Of a DNA stretch of 64,000 nt, positions 12,601-24,820 are shown piece after piece. The notes below the pieces were generated by a model that had not been told where the DNA came from, ran no database searches, and saw only the letters and a program-made list of their open reading frames with translations. Source of the stretch: Eledone cirrhosa (taxonomy: Eukaryota); contig OZ024743.1 of the NCBI GenBank assembly GCA_964016885.1, positions 319,114,001 to 319,178,000 on the forward strand, read 5' to 3'. Made by a program: the position numbers and the translations under genes. Every line of letters starts with the position of its first letter. Positions within the stretch are counted from its first letter, which is position 1.

Positions 12601-13035
12601 GGTGCCGTCAGCCGGGCATGTCCGAGATGCGCGCAGGGCGACGAAACCGTCCTGCACGCACTCGTCCAGTGTCCGAAAATTGCTGACTTGTGGGTTTATG
12701 TCGAACACCTGCTGTCGCGTTTAGGACGGATCCAGCTATCATCTGAGTCTATCGTGAGGATTGCCCCGCCCTCCTCCTTTAGCCGGGAAGGGCAGGCAGT
12801 TTTTATCTGTCTGGTGGCCATGGCGAAAGAGATAGTATGGTGGACACGTTTGAAAGGGCTGAAGACGAGCACTTACCTCTTCGGTGATGCTCTGATTGAC
12901 TTTTTCAAATTTCATTTGAAAAGGAAAATCAGAGTAGAGAAGGAAGTGCTCTCTTCCCAGCATTTTGTTGAAAGATGGGTGAGAGAAGCAAGAATGGCCC
13001 GAGTGAATGGGCCGACTCTGAGTATATATCTGTAA
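9616..13035 (+). CDS. LINE ORF2p: APE endonuclease, reverse transcriptase, C-terminal CCHC (1139 aa)
   Basis: APE: SINARGL, ISETR, VYAP, GDWN, YLDRV, TDHK; RT: RPITLLN, LDQSKAFDRV, VRQGCPLS, YADD; CPRCAQGDETVLHALVQC. Confidence 0.97.
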   Translation: MTSLRIGSINARGLGSSWKQGHLLNDLRSLNIDVVAISETRISEARAFAPIFGGYDVYASPSRPGSGGGVAVLFRRGLDLAIRAIFLDPEGKLVVLDVTSGDGQAFRLVAVYAPTGAGRPDFFRRLETFLGTSRSLVLVGDWNGILDARWDCVGLADRGGGCKSLTNLLRRFELSDRYRLDFPNVPMWTWTNRIGSSRSYLDRVFCREIDRSSIGCPQFKIVSYTDHKFVTCVLDLDRLHRRGPGYWKLNASLPARKAYRDRISELVKRALTGAIVNNKWWFALKRAIRIESIRFSKALAIEKNRAEGELVRKLDEALSKGIATDVLAAKLALDQFFNAKHEGCVVRARVRALRHEGTKAVQWARVAEARRGNKATIRSLVDHDGRMLLDPGQMCEAFQRHFAQLFGGSGGPGRGMDFSVYLDGLPRLSATEARCCEKPITAAEVREAMTGCTRGKSPGLDGLPYELYVQMPDLFGGLLADVYCNWQQNGRIPSSVSRGAVALLRKDPNKGDNIDNFRPITLLNTEFKILAKVLAKRLALVVGGLVGEAQTCAIPDRSIHDNLHLMRYIVERVAREPGTGGSLINLDQSKAFDRVDHRYLAAVLRAAGFGPVFRGWIAAMHSDICSVVRVNGHLSEPFNIMRSVRQGCPLSSLLYVLTLEPLLHKLETLRGVPRELGCGRSVSAYADDVTVVVSNAKHIEAIGTTLREYEAVTGAMINQEKSVGLQLGTWRGRSMPSNSVVGRWTDGPVKLLGVWFGPDLQTDKNWDEVTSRVASLTQKWAERKLSLKGRAEVANAYIASVICYRLTVVPCPKPRLTALERLLFRFLWKGRAPMVRRSICCQHPLRGGLGMPWLMMRRHALRLRHLHLFLDGDQVWSPFARRVFPQLVSLTELQSWVKRRPRGNAWRLECLQALTALDQSGNVIGGNSTSAFYRGLVEGKSDDVLGETLGVDENQLANLFGRTFGPGPMDNFQKSLAWQCYRGALPVRDKLYRHGGAVSRACPRCAQGDETVLHALVQCPKIADLWVYVEHLLSRLGRIQLSSESIVRIAPPSSFSREGQAVFICLVAMAKEIVWWTRLKGLKTSTYLFGDALIDFFKFHLKRKIRVEKEVLSSQHFVERWVREARMARVNGPTLSIYL

Positions 13036-13296
13036 ACTAAAGGTGGAAAACTGGGAGAGGGCACTTGCCTTGGTGGTCAGGGTCATTGTGGCTTTTTACT
13101 GGGCTTTCTCCACAAATGTCCCTCCGAAGTCTCCCCCCTATTGGGGAATTTTTTCATTGTTATTTTCATTGTTATTTTTGTTACATCCTCTGTTTTTGTT
13201 TTTTTACACGCAGAAATGCCCATTTGTACCGTCCTGCATTGTCCTGCACTGTCCTTAATGTCTACTTTATGTAAACCCTTGTGGTTAATAAAGAAA

Positions 13297-13351
<55 letters not shown>

Positions 13352-13352
13352 A

Positions 13353-13440
13353 AGGTGTTGGATTGGCAGAATCGTTAGAGCGCCGGATAAAATGCGTCAA
13401 GGTGTCTGATTACGGCTCTTTATGTTCTAAGTTCACACTC
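13353..13440 (+). mobile_element. SINE family A head, diverged
   Basis: ggattggcagaatcgttagag A box and degenerate B box directly after the Tx1 tail. Confidence 0.65.
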
Positions 13441-13489
13441 CACATTTCACATCCACACAGACGCGTTGAAAGCACATTGCTGTTGTAAA

Positions 13490-13880
13490 ATCTGATCTTG
13501 TAACCAAGCATTTTGAACCAATATATAAATCGTTGATGGCGGAGACAATGTTGGATGGTCTACCATAGTCTCTGGTGATGTTCTATAAGAACGGTCTGTG
13601 TAGGCTATCAAATGGTTTAAGTAATAATGATGAATGTTATGGTAAATCGTACTTGGAATTCATTGTATTTCTCGATGATGCCTCGTAGAATAAATATTTG
13701 AGCGGCACAGGAGCGTTTGGGTAGGAAACCAGCTTGTTGCTCACACAAGACATTACCGTCTGCCTCTTTTATTCGATTCAGGATAACCTGGCAGTACACA
13801 TTTCTTGGTATGGTTAAAAATGTTAATCCCCTCCAGTTGTCACAGTTCTGCAAGATTACTCTTTTGCGGGATGCAGGCAA
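13490..13880 (-). mobile_element. RTE-clade RT fragment
   Basis: CDNWRGLTFLTIPRNVYCQVILNRIKE..EQQAGFLPKRSCAAQIFILRGIIEK. Confidence 0.8.
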
Positions 13881-14094
13881 CTACTCCGTACTTCCAGTCC
13901 ACCAGTACTTCACTTGCGTTCCAGATCTGGTTGCATAACTGACGCATCCATGTGATGTTCTATTCCCCTTTGTCTTTGATAATCTCTGTGGTGATAACAT
14001 TCATACATGGTGAATTATTTTTTTTAGTAGGCCCAACCCTTGTGCATGAATTTTAGTAGACGGACATTTTTTGAAACCCCGTAAGATAGAATGT

Positions 14095-14275
14095 ATCTGT
14101 AATTTCAAAGGGCCAGCCTTGTAAAACGCTGCGACACGCTGAATTTCCGAAAGAATTAAGTTAACGGCACACGTATTTGTTGAATGCTTAGCTACTTGCA
14201 CATTAATTTCACGGGTAGGTTGTTTCGTTGATTGAATCAAGTAGAACATTCCTTGTCGAAATCGACGGAGGACCA
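14095..14275 (+). mobile_element. SINE family B 3' part, diverged
   Basis: tttcaaagggccagcctt..acttgcacattaatttcacg matches 47430-47600 and 56950-57125. Confidence 0.6.
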
Positions 14276-14585
14276 TTCATATTCGCTAGGATCTTAATTA
14301 GTATTTGATCGCTTCTAAAATCCTCGAGTTTAGCACTGATTAAAATCAGTGAACAAAAAGAAAACGAATATAATTGTATTCGTTTTTTTTTTTTGTTGTT
14401 GCAAACTTTCTTTAGTTTTTTTCTCTCTCTCTTTTCCCTTGCCCTCTCTCTCTCTTTACTTTTCCCTTGCTCTCTCTCTCATTCCATCACTCCCATTTCC
14501 ATATTAAACTTCAACATAGGGTCCTCTATTATTTGCGTGTTTTATCAAGGTCGCTCACACACACACACGCGTACACACACACACG

Positions 14586-14667
<82 letters not shown>

Positions 14668-14740
14668 CATATATATAAACATGTAAATTGTTGCAATAAG
14701 ATGTAATTTCTCTGCTTATCACGTCTGTCAGTTAAGGACA

Positions 14741-14907
14741 GTGTCGTTGCCTCCGGGCGCCGAAATAATTTGCTATACCCACTGAGTACGTGTCACAAAA
14801 AGTGTCGTTGCCCCCGGGTGATGAAATCATCTGCTATACACACTGAGGATGTGACATCAAAAGTGTCGTTGGTGCCGGGTGCTGAAATCATCTGCTAAAC
14901 CCACTGG
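14741..14907. repeat. 61-bp tandem repeat, ~2.7 diverged copies
   Basis: gtgtcgttg at 14741, 14802, 14863. Confidence 0.85.
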
Positions 14908-14994
14908 TTGATTCATGCTCTACATTATCCATTGTGTCATTCTAATTTTTAAGGCGTTATTGTGTAAATTTACAGACATTTAACTACAGATTGA

Positions 14995-15830
14995 TCGATC
15001 ATGATGACTGTGATAGGGTTGCTGATGATGGTGGTGCTGATGGTGGTGAGAGAGATGGTGATGATAATGATGGTGATGATGATGATAGTGAGGATGATAA
15101 GGAGGAGGCGTAGTGGAAAAGGAGGATCGCGTTGATAGTGCTGATGATGATGATGGTGATGATGATGATGATGATAACGGTAATAACAGAATAATAATAA
15201 GATGGTGATGGCGATGATCATAAACAATTATGATAATGATGATGGTGGATTATGTAAGATGATGATGTGATTGTGTAAGATGATTATGTGATTGTGTAAG
15301 ATGATTATAATAGAGGTGCTGGTGGCGGGGGAGGGGCAATGGTGGTGTGGTGGTGTGATAGCGGGGAGAGCAGTGGTGGTAAGATGGTAATGGTATGATA
15401 ATAAATTATATCAGATGATGATAGTGCTAGTAAGAGGGGTGATGTTTGTAGTGATAGTGATGGTGTTGGTGGTAGAGTTGTAATTGTTGTTGTTGGTGGT
15501 GGAAGTGCTAGTGATGGTAGTGAGAGTGAGGGGTAATTCTCTGATTATCATGTGGATGATGATGATTATGGTAGTGATAATGATGATGTGATGGAGATAA
15601 TGAGGATGATGATGGTGTTTAGTTATGGTGAGAGTGACTATTGTGGTGAAAATAGCAGTGGTGTTGGTGTTGTTGTCGGTGATGGTTGTGGTGGTGATGA
15701 TGAGATGGTAATGGTATTATCATAGATGATGTAAGATGATGATGATGATGATGATGATACACACGCACACGCACGCACACACACACACACAAACACACAC
15801 ACTTATATATATATATATATATGTATGTTA
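14995..15830. repeat. (GAT/GGT)n low-complexity tract plus CA/TA microsatellites
   Basis: Direct inspection. Confidence 0.85.
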
Positions 15831-17026
15831 AGTATTTTCGTGGGAAAGGCAAACGAAAGAAGAGTGCTCTATGTATTGTCAGAGCTATTTAATTATGTAA
15901 TAAATATGTTTAATTTTTCCTTCTGGCGAACGATTTCAGACGTCTCTGTTGAGCTCACCTGTCTTCGTGAAACCTTTGGTAAATGGAATAATTGCATTGT
16001 GTTGTTTATTACACACACACACACACACATCGGAATGTTATGAGATGCGAGTTTGATTTTTGTTATTGGCAGATAAGCATGGATCTCAAGCGTAAGGGGT
16101 ATTTTAAAGAGGATCCAACATCATTTGTGCAATGCTGTTGGAATATTTTCAACATCTTGCAAATAATGTATCTCTGACGGCGGCGTTGAAGAGAATAGAG
16201 TTTGAGCTTTTCTAGCCGACACCAATAGTCAAGGCTGCTCATGCCTTAAATTGTTTTTCTTTTTTTGTGAATTACTTTTGAGGTGCTTCAATTTTCATAA
16301 TACATTGTTTCGTATGGGGAAACCACTGTGGACAACAGTATTCAAGGAGGGGTCGGGAAAAACTAGAGAAGAGATGAATAATGGTATGGATATCTCTCGA
16401 CTGGACAGTTCTGAGAATCAAGGAACACATCCAGCGATGTCAACTTTGATGTTTATATGAGTATGACAGCTTATGTTATTATCAACAATTACTCCAAGAT
16501 TTCAATTGTTGCATGCCACGAGGGTTTCACCGAAGTGGATTAGTTCGAATTTATCTTCGTTCAGTAACATATTGACCCCACCTGCCCATTGGATAACAGC
16601 AAGTATATATATATATAGGTCTGTTGCTTTACCTGATTAGTTCTTTCGTTGTGTTTGGTATTGTATGGTTGGGTTTTGCCTACCGCAATTTTCAATTTCT
16701 CAAGCTTTTAAACGTAATGTTATTACTCTAAGGACCTACCCTTATTGAGTGCTTTGCTACTCATTCCTTATTGTAGGTCGGCTTTGCTTGGCCACAGCCA
16801 AAGCTTCGATTTTACTAAGCTTCCACTTATATATAAACATATGTATATACATATGAATATCTATGTATATATATAAACCCACACCCGCACCCGCACACAC
16901 ACACATATATATGCACACAATGTATATGTATATTTATGTATATATGCATATATATATTTATACAATATATCATATATATTATATATATGAAATATTATAT
17001 ATATATATATTTAAACAACCACACAG

Positions 17027-17071
<45 letters not shown>

Positions 17072-17079
17072 AATACACC

Positions 17080-17159
<80 letters not shown>

Positions 17160-17334
17160 CTTGACCACCGTGACCGACCAGTCTGTCGGGCGCCAATCGG
17201 CGCCGCTGGTCACAGCACGTCGTGCTGTTTTAGCCATAAGATAAGGCCATCCCACTGGCTGGGCGGGCAGGCTGGTACTCATTTCTACAGCTGAGTAAAC
17301 TGGAGCAACGTGAAATAAAGTGTATATATATATA

Positions 17335-17890
17335 TATGAAAACATGGCGTGCTGCGTGGTTGCAAATGGGTTACATATCAATAAATTTAGTCCTTCATCG
17401 GTGATCTTCCTGCCTTCATTCGTATTTCATCGCTTTAAAGACCATATACCTCTGGTTGGTGCGAGCAACGGCTAAAGAAAGTCGTTGGGAAACGTAAATA
17501 GGGGGAACGAGCGAGACAGTAAACAAACAAAGATGGTAATGTAACGAAAAGTGAGGAAGAAGGAGTCAAGTCCCTGAAATCGATGAACATAAGTTCTGTG
17601 AAATCGTAGACGAGAGAGAATAAAGACCATCCAACCTGGTCGAAATGTGAGTGAGGAAAGAATTTCGCACAGGTCAAACGAGAGGAAGTAGGAGAGAGTG
17701 AGTGAGTGAAAGTGTGAGGAAGAGTCTAACAGAGAGAGTGACTGGCAAAGGAGGTAAAAAGAAAGTGAGAGATACAGAGAAAGGGGAAGCAGTAAGAAAG
17801 AAACGGACGGGTCACAGCAGAGGAAAATATATAAATATATGAAAAATATGAAAACATGGCGTGCTGCGTGGTTGCAAATCGGTTACATAT
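17335..17890 (-). mobile_element. Non-coding ~511-bp unit with short terminal direct repeat (PLE pLTR / retrozyme-like)
   Basis: atatgaaaacatggcgtgctgcgtggttgcaaat repeated at 17335 and 17846; homologous to 59986-60600; flanked by (TA)n. Confidence 0.6.
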
Positions 17891-17904
17891 GAATAAATAA
17901 ATAA

Positions 17905-17937
<33 letters not shown>

Positions 17938-18865
17938 CTAGCATTAAAGCCCGGAGTTGCTCGGGGTCAGTAAGTTACCAAAGTTAGGTTGCACCACCCA
18001 TTTCATGGCAGCACTTTTTTGTCTGCCAGGCACTGGGTGAATGAATTGCAGACCTGGACTGCCGAAGCAGGAGCTGCGCCAGCAGTGACAATTGCAGTTT
18101 CGCCTATGGATATTATCTCTGTGCAAAGAAGTGTTGAAATTTATTGTTTCACAGTACTTGCGCAACACGCGCGTAGACGATGCCAGCCGAACAACAGAGC
18201 TGCGATGGAGTTGTTCTGCATGGTTGTCTAATGGGTGTTTTCTAAATTTAAGACAGTAGGGAGGGGTGTGTTATGGGGGAGAGTTAGCTGCTGTTTCTAG
18301 CAGGTTTAGTAACCTCATAGGGGATATTATTGTGTATAGTAAATAAACTGATACTTCTTTCTTCCACGTTCGTTGAGAGGTTTTAAAAAAGATTTATCGC
18401 TATTTTTTTTGTTGTTGAATACATTTATATGTTGCTTTTGAATAATTGTTGTTTCGTATGAAATGTAATAAGTTCTCTTTGTCATTGAAGTAAATAAATG
18501 TTTGACTGTTCCACACTCAAAAACAAAAGTTCTCTCTCTCTCTCTCCCACTCACTCTCTTCTCTCTCTCTTCGGCGTTCCTAAAAGAAGTTTGTAAGCAT
18601 GTATGTAGTTTTATCGAATTTTAAGGGGGAATAGAGAGAGGTATTCAGATTGTATTAGAGGGGTAAAGCGTCATGTATTTAGTTTTATCGATTATTTCCG
18701 TATTTGTGGGTAAGTTTGAATGAAATAAATAGTTGTTGACCTAAATTAGACCATTTACAACATTCGTACAGACTTTGGGTCGAATTGGTTTTAAATTGTG
18801 CAACTGTATAAACATGGAACATGTACACACACACACACACACAACGACAATCTGCCTTTTATAGA
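17938..18865 (-). mobile_element. Non-autonomous Helitron
   Basis: Minus strand starts TC (atctataaaaggcag), ends with hairpin cccgagcaactccggg plus CTAG, inserted between A and T. Confidence 0.7.
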
Positions 18866-19050
18866 TAATTGTTTCTACTTTTGGCACAAGGCCAGCAATT
18901 ACCCAGTTCATTACTGGTACTTTATTTTATCGACCTGGTAAGAATGAAAGGCAAATTTAACCTCGACGGGATTTGAACTCAGCCCGTAAAGGAACGTAAC
19001 TATGCTGGAAAGCATGGCGTCTGACCCTCTACCGATACTGCCAATTCACC
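18866..19050 (-). mobile_element. SINE family A, full length
   Basis: Reverse complement of the 2561-2752 unit. Confidence 0.9.
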
Positions 19051-19359
19051 ATAGATAATGATATATAAAATTGGATATATGAGAGGGATGAACACAGATA
19101 TAACTATACATGTGTTCCAATTGCAAATGACCAAGTTAGAATTGGAACACATGTATAGTATATCTGTGTCCACCCCTCTCCTATATATACATATATATAA
19201 ATATATATAAATATATATAAATATATATAAATATATATAAATATATATGGATATTGTATCCATAAATGAACTAAGTGACCTGGTATAATTTGGGGCAGTT
19301 GTGAAACTGCAATTGTTGTCTTTGTTTACATCTGTGGTATATTTGATGCTGAACGCCAG

Positions 19360-19778
19360 TCTGACTGTCTGTCTGTGCCTGTATCTGTCTGTCTGTCTGT
19401 CTGTGTATGTGTGTGTATCTTCCTGTCTCTTTGTCTGTGTATGTGTACCAGTATGTCTGCTTCTCTGTGTATATGTCTGTGTCCCTGTCTATCTCTGTGT
19501 GAGTCTGTGTATCTCTGTATGGGTCTGTGTGTGTGTCTGTGTGTGTCTGTGTGTGTCTGTGTGTGTCTGTCTATCTGTGTGTGTCTGTGATGTGTCTGTG
19601 TGTGTCTGTCTATCTGTGTGTATGTACGTGTGTCTGTGTGTGTATCTGTGTGTCTGTAGTGTGTCTGTGTGTGTTTGTCTATCTGCGTGTCTGTGTGTGT
19701 ATATCTGTGTGTCTGTATGTCTGTGTGTCTGTGTGTGTGTCTATCTGTATGTCTGTGTGTGTCTATCTGTGTGTCTAT

Positions 19779-19819
<41 letters not shown>

Positions 19820-20580
19820 TGTGCATGTGTCTAGCTGTGTGCCTGTGTGTCTATCTGTGTGTCTGTGTGTGTCTATCTGCATGTCTGTGTGTGTGTGTGT
19901 CTGTGTGTCTGTGTGTGTCAATCTGTGTGTCTGTGTGTATGTCTATCTGTGTGTCTGTGTGTGTCTATCTGTGTGTCAATCTGTGTGTCTGTGTGTGTCT
20001 ATCTGTGTGTCTGTGTGTGTATGTCTATATGTGTGTCTGTGTGTGTGTCTATCTGTGTGTCTGCGTGTGTCTATCTGTGTGTCTGTGTGTATCTGTGTGT
20101 GTATGTCTATATGTGTATCTGTGTGTGTGTGTCTATCTGTGTGTCTATCTGTGTGTCAATCTGTGTGTCTGTGTGTGTGTCTATCTGTGTGTCTGCGTGT
20201 GTCTATCTGTGTGTCTGTGTGTATGTCTATCTGTGTGAGTGTGTGTGTCTATCTGTGTGTCTATCTGTATGTCTATCTGGTGTCTGTGTGTGTCTGTGTG
20301 TGTCTATCTGTGTGTCTATCTGTGTGTCTGTGTATGTGTCTGTGTGTGTCTGTGTGTGTGTCTGTGTGTGTGTCTGTGTGCGTGTCTGTGTGTGACTGGG
20401 TCAATGTACCACATGATATGTTTCATAAAGATAATCTGCAATATTGTGTGTGTATATATATATATACAAGTGTGTGCGTGTGTGTAGTAAGTGCAGGGCG
20501 TGAGTGTGCATGCGATTATGTGTGTGCATGCATACCTATGTCTATGTATATGTCTATGTATATATGTGTGTGTGTGTGTA

Positions 20581-20616
<36 letters not shown>

Positions 20617-20753
20617 TGTATGTATGTATGTATGTATGTATGTATGTATGTATGTATGTATGTATATATGTATGTATGTATGTATGTATATGTATATATG
20701 TATAAATGCACACACACTCACTCACACTCGCACACATATTATGTGTGCGTGTG

Positions 20754-20804
<51 letters not shown>

Positions 20805-20860
20805 TTGCATTATATATATAATGTATATAATATATAATACATATATATATATATATAAAT
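19360..20860. repeat. Complex (TG/TC/TATC) microsatellite array followed by (TATG)n and (TA)n
   Basis: Direct inspection. Confidence 0.95.
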
Positions 20861-21007
20861 GGAAAAAATGAAACGAAATTGTTTACAAACAAACCGAGCA
20901 TTATAATAAATGTTCGGTAAATCCATACGTGCATATATATATGTGTGCATGTATGTATATACATACTACTTTACGTCTGTATACATATATGTATGTACGT
21001 ATACATA

Positions 21008-21314
<307 letters not shown>

Positions 21315-22074
21315 CTTGCGTGTGTCTGTGTCTGTGTTTCTGTGTTTGTGTACTGGTGTGTATATATAGTTCTTATCGCCGCTACACGACGCCAAAAGAG
21401 AGAAAAAAAAAAAAGAAAAACGGGAGAAATACAAATAAATAAATGAATATATACATATATAAATAAATAAGGGTAAAAATTATGTTTTTACTGTTTTTTT
21501 ATGTTTTCTTTGCATGTCAAAGTTTGGTTGAATGTAAAGTAGGCCGGTTTGTTGGTGATAGTAAAAAAAAGATCGCAGATCACAGCAGTAATAATAATAA
21601 TGATGATGATAATAATTCTGGTCGGTCTCTCTCTCTCTCTCTCTCCATATTGGCTGCCAGACATTGGAGCACTCATCGTGTAATTTTTCTTATCTGAGGA
21701 ATCTAGCTTCTTGCTGCGATTTCGTTGTTGTTTTCATTTTTACTACTTTTTTCATTTTTTATTCACGTTTGTTTTGTTTGTTGTTCTTTTTTCCATATAT
21801 TTATTTAATTATTTATTCACGTTTGACTTCTTTGCTTGTTGTTGTCTTATTTCTATCTATCTGCTTCCATGTTCTTTTTTTTTTTGTCTTGATTCACCAT
21901 TTTGCTTTTTTTTCTTCCTTCATTTTGTGTTTTGTTTCATTTTTTAGGGATTATTTTTGGGGGATATTTGTTGTTGTTATCGTAATCTTACAAAGATAAA
22001 GAAAATAACTCTGAAAATACCTGGGCCTAAATGAGGGCGACAAATATACAAATATTTTGGAGGGAAAATAAAGT

Positions 22075-22530
22075 AATAATAATAATGGCTTCTAACATAC
22101 GGCAATAAGCCAGACATTTTAAGCTGTGTGGGGGCTGGGGGAACTGTCGAATAATAATTATTTCTAATTTAGGTACAATACCAACACATTTTGGGGGAAG
22201 GGCAAAGTTGATTAAATCAACTCCAGTACTTGTCTGGTACTTTATTTTATTTTACAATCGACTCTCCTCGCCCGGGCCCTCCCTGAAGGATGAAAGCAAA
22301 CTTAGCCTCGGCGGGAATTTGAATTTTGACCGTAATGAGCCGTAACTAAATACCGCAAAGCATTTTCTCCGACACTCTAACTATTCTGTTAATCCATCGC
22401 CCTAATAATAATAATAATTGTTTCAACTTTAGGCACAAGACCAGCAATTTGAAGAGGAAGGGAAAGTCGATTAAATCGACCCAGTACATTATTGGTACTT
22501 TATTTTATCGATCTCGTAAGGATGAAAGGT
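22075..22530 (-). mobile_element. Cluster of three older family A SINE copies separated by (AAT)n
   Basis: Tails at ~22085, 22160 and 22418 each next to aataataat; head ~22403. Confidence 0.75.
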
Positions 22531-22549
22531 CAGATAATAATAATGGTAA

Positions 22550-22925
22550 TATATTGGGAAAGCAAGATATTCTGGGATTATAATTTCCAGAATGATAGAG
22601 TAATTGAAAATCGCCAGCCGGACATTGTCGTATAGAACGAGAAATACAAATACTGTCAGATCATAGACGTAGCTATATCAAATTACATGAATATTGCGAG
22701 TAAAGAGGTTAAAAAAATCCCCAAGAGATCCGGATGGAAAGTGGAGATGGCATGACTGTTTGGAATGCGAGAGAGTAATGTGAAAGTGGTACCAGATGTG
22801 ATCCGGGCATTAGGATCAATTGCATTAAAACTCCAAGATTTCTTAAAGCAGTTGGAAATGCCATGCAAGATTGCTGTTAAATCAGCGTTGCTAGGCGCTG
22901 CGCATATTTTCAGGACTATATAAAT
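22550..22925 (+). mobile_element. R4/Dong-clade LINE fragment (restriction-like endonuclease)
   Basis: ILWDYNFQNDRVIENRQPDIVV..CQIIDVAI..VVPDVIRALG..KSALLGAAHIFR. Confidence 0.75.
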
Positions 22926-22989
22926 ATATAAATAAATGTCCGAGGACAGATGGCTAAATACTCCGGTGCATTTTCCAACTACACTGATA

Positions 22990-24270
22990 TAATAATGATG
23001 ATGATTTCTTTTATTGGCCACAAGGGTTCAATATAGGAGACAACACAAGGAAGAAAACAATATAGAGTAGGGTTTAACTCGAATAAATGAAAGGGGACAA
23101 CACCAATAGGAAAATGTAGAATTGACAGTGACAATAGTTGTAATAAACATTTATTATAACAATACAAAGCAATAACAAATATCAAGTAGGAACAGTTCCC
23201 AAATAAGAGGGAGGGCTAAGCTTTAGGCTATTTACAAGGAAAATTTCACACACAACTCCCGATTACTCTGTCACCTTACAAGAATTGAAAGTGCCCTCTT
23301 CCGGTTTCTTTCCTCATCCCTAGACCTATTCACCTTCGTCAATCTGGCCGCTTTCACTCATGTATCATAAAACACACTACAATGCAGCACTTTATCCCTA
23401 CCATCACCTTCACCATCACGTGATACTTATAGAAGTTGAGGAAAACTTGGTCGCAGAGGAAGAGTCATGTCTATAAAGCTTTTAGGCGTATCCACCATAT
23501 ATCGTCCTTCTCCACAGCTGACAGAGGAAGACATGTTACACATACTTTCTAAAGAAGGGGATGGTTTAATTTTCGCCAGAGACCCGTCATACACTTGAAA
23601 ACAGTTGTTCGATGTAAGCTCATAAGTCTGCAATGCACGAAGGAAAGTTTCATGTATCTCGGAAAGGTTTGGCCGTTGGCTCTGCCCTATCGAATTGATT
23701 GTGTCCCTTTATGGTCCATAATCCCTAAACTAAATGTTTGTAAGATTAAGCTACTCTGACTCTCCTTGTCGACACCCAGAACCGCATCCAGACCCTCTTC
23801 ACTCATTCCTTTCACTAACCTTCTGTAGAACGCAAACAATATTTTCTGCCTGCCTGTCGCATTGTCCAGCTGGTAAAGTACCGTGAGCACCTGACAACAT
23901 TCTAGATACTATGCAGCCAACCTTGGTCTGTGCTTGACCCATGCCTTAGATCCGTTAAGGAGACGAGTTGCAAAAAAAAAACCAAAAATACTTTTCGTCT
24001 TTGATTCGTTCGAGATGAAATACCAAGGCCACCGTGGAATGGGTAATGGTCGCAGATGCATTTTCTGACCAGCGAGACTTGTCCTTTACACAAAAAGTGG
24101 AAGAGCATGCATTTCAGTTTGGTCAGGTGTCTTGGATGGCATATGACACGCAGATATTGGTCACCTCCACCTAACTTTGGGGGGAACTTTCTCTCTGTCC
24201 ATTTCTGAGTGAGATTGGTTAACCTGTTTGTGACCCAGTTCTTGTCTACCTGAAAGCACGGTCCAAAGAT
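22990..24270 (-). mobile_element. Old Tx1-clade LINE 3' fragment
   Basis: DKNWVTNRLTNLTQKWTERK, LFHFLCKGQVSLVRKCIC..GGLG; 3' end cccttgtggccaataaaagaaatcatcatcattatt. Confidence 0.8.
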
Positions 24271-24274
24271 TGCT

Positions 24275-24410
24275 AAATTAGGCACAGGACTAGCAGTTTT
24301 ATAGGTAGGAAAAATCTATTAAATAAATCCCAGTACTTGACCGGTACTTTATTTCATCGATCCCAGAAGGATAAAATGCAAAGTTTTTCTCGGTGAGGAT
24401 TTTAACTCAA
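24275..24410 (-). mobile_element. SINE family A fragment
   Basis: ggcacaggactagca..ggtactttatttcatcgatcccagaaggataaaatgcaaag. Confidence 0.7.
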
Positions 24411-24432
24411 GCATTTGGGCGATGACTCTCTA

Positions 24433-24820
24433 TAGGGTGACTCAAAAAGCAGTTGCCTACATATTTAGTTTTGTCTACATTATTCATTTTTTGACAAAAA
24501 TTGATGTCATTGGGAATATATTTAATTCACCCATTAAAAAGAATATATCAACAATTCACTGATGTTTCCATCCAGTGTTACAACACATATTCCAAGTGAT
24601 CCCTATTTGAATCCATGTATTTTTTGAGGTGTATGGTGAAATTTAGCAAACAGACCTAGGGATGACTCTGATCTTCTCCTTGATGTTTTCCTTTAAGTCA
24701 GTGATGGCCATTGGTTTGTTGACATATACTCTATCCTTCAGATAGCGCCAAAGAGAGACATCAGGGTTGAGGGCTTAAATCAGGGCTTTGTGGGGCTCCC
24801 AAAATCAGTCTGAAACTGAC
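24433..24820 (-). mobile_element. Tc1/mariner transposase C-terminal relic with TIR
   Basis: PQSPDLSP..DVSLWRYLKDRVYVNKP..TDLKENIKEKI matches the SPDLNP.D..LW..LK motif; end ta|tagggtgactcaaaaa. Confidence 0.75.

Larger units (their letters stand above)
7270..13350 (+). mobile_element. Full-length Tx1-clade (L1 group) LINE inserted in (TTA)n, both ORFs intact
   Basis: 5' end defined by comparison with second copy (gaatgc.atggttgacggagg directly after (TTA)n 7241-7269); ORF1, 35-bp spacer, ORF2, 3' UTR with AATAAA, (TTA)n tail 13299-13350. Confidence 0.96.

Noticed and set aside
9666-13086. Overlapping and antisense ORFs within ORF2, repeated in copy 2
   Set aside because: Expected in GC-rich coding DNA; conservation only reflects near-identical copies
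19301-20871. Long ORFs of VC/HT/YI dipeptides (also 33000-35000, 56000-56800, 62600-63900)
   Set aside because: Translations of microsatellites, open in several frames
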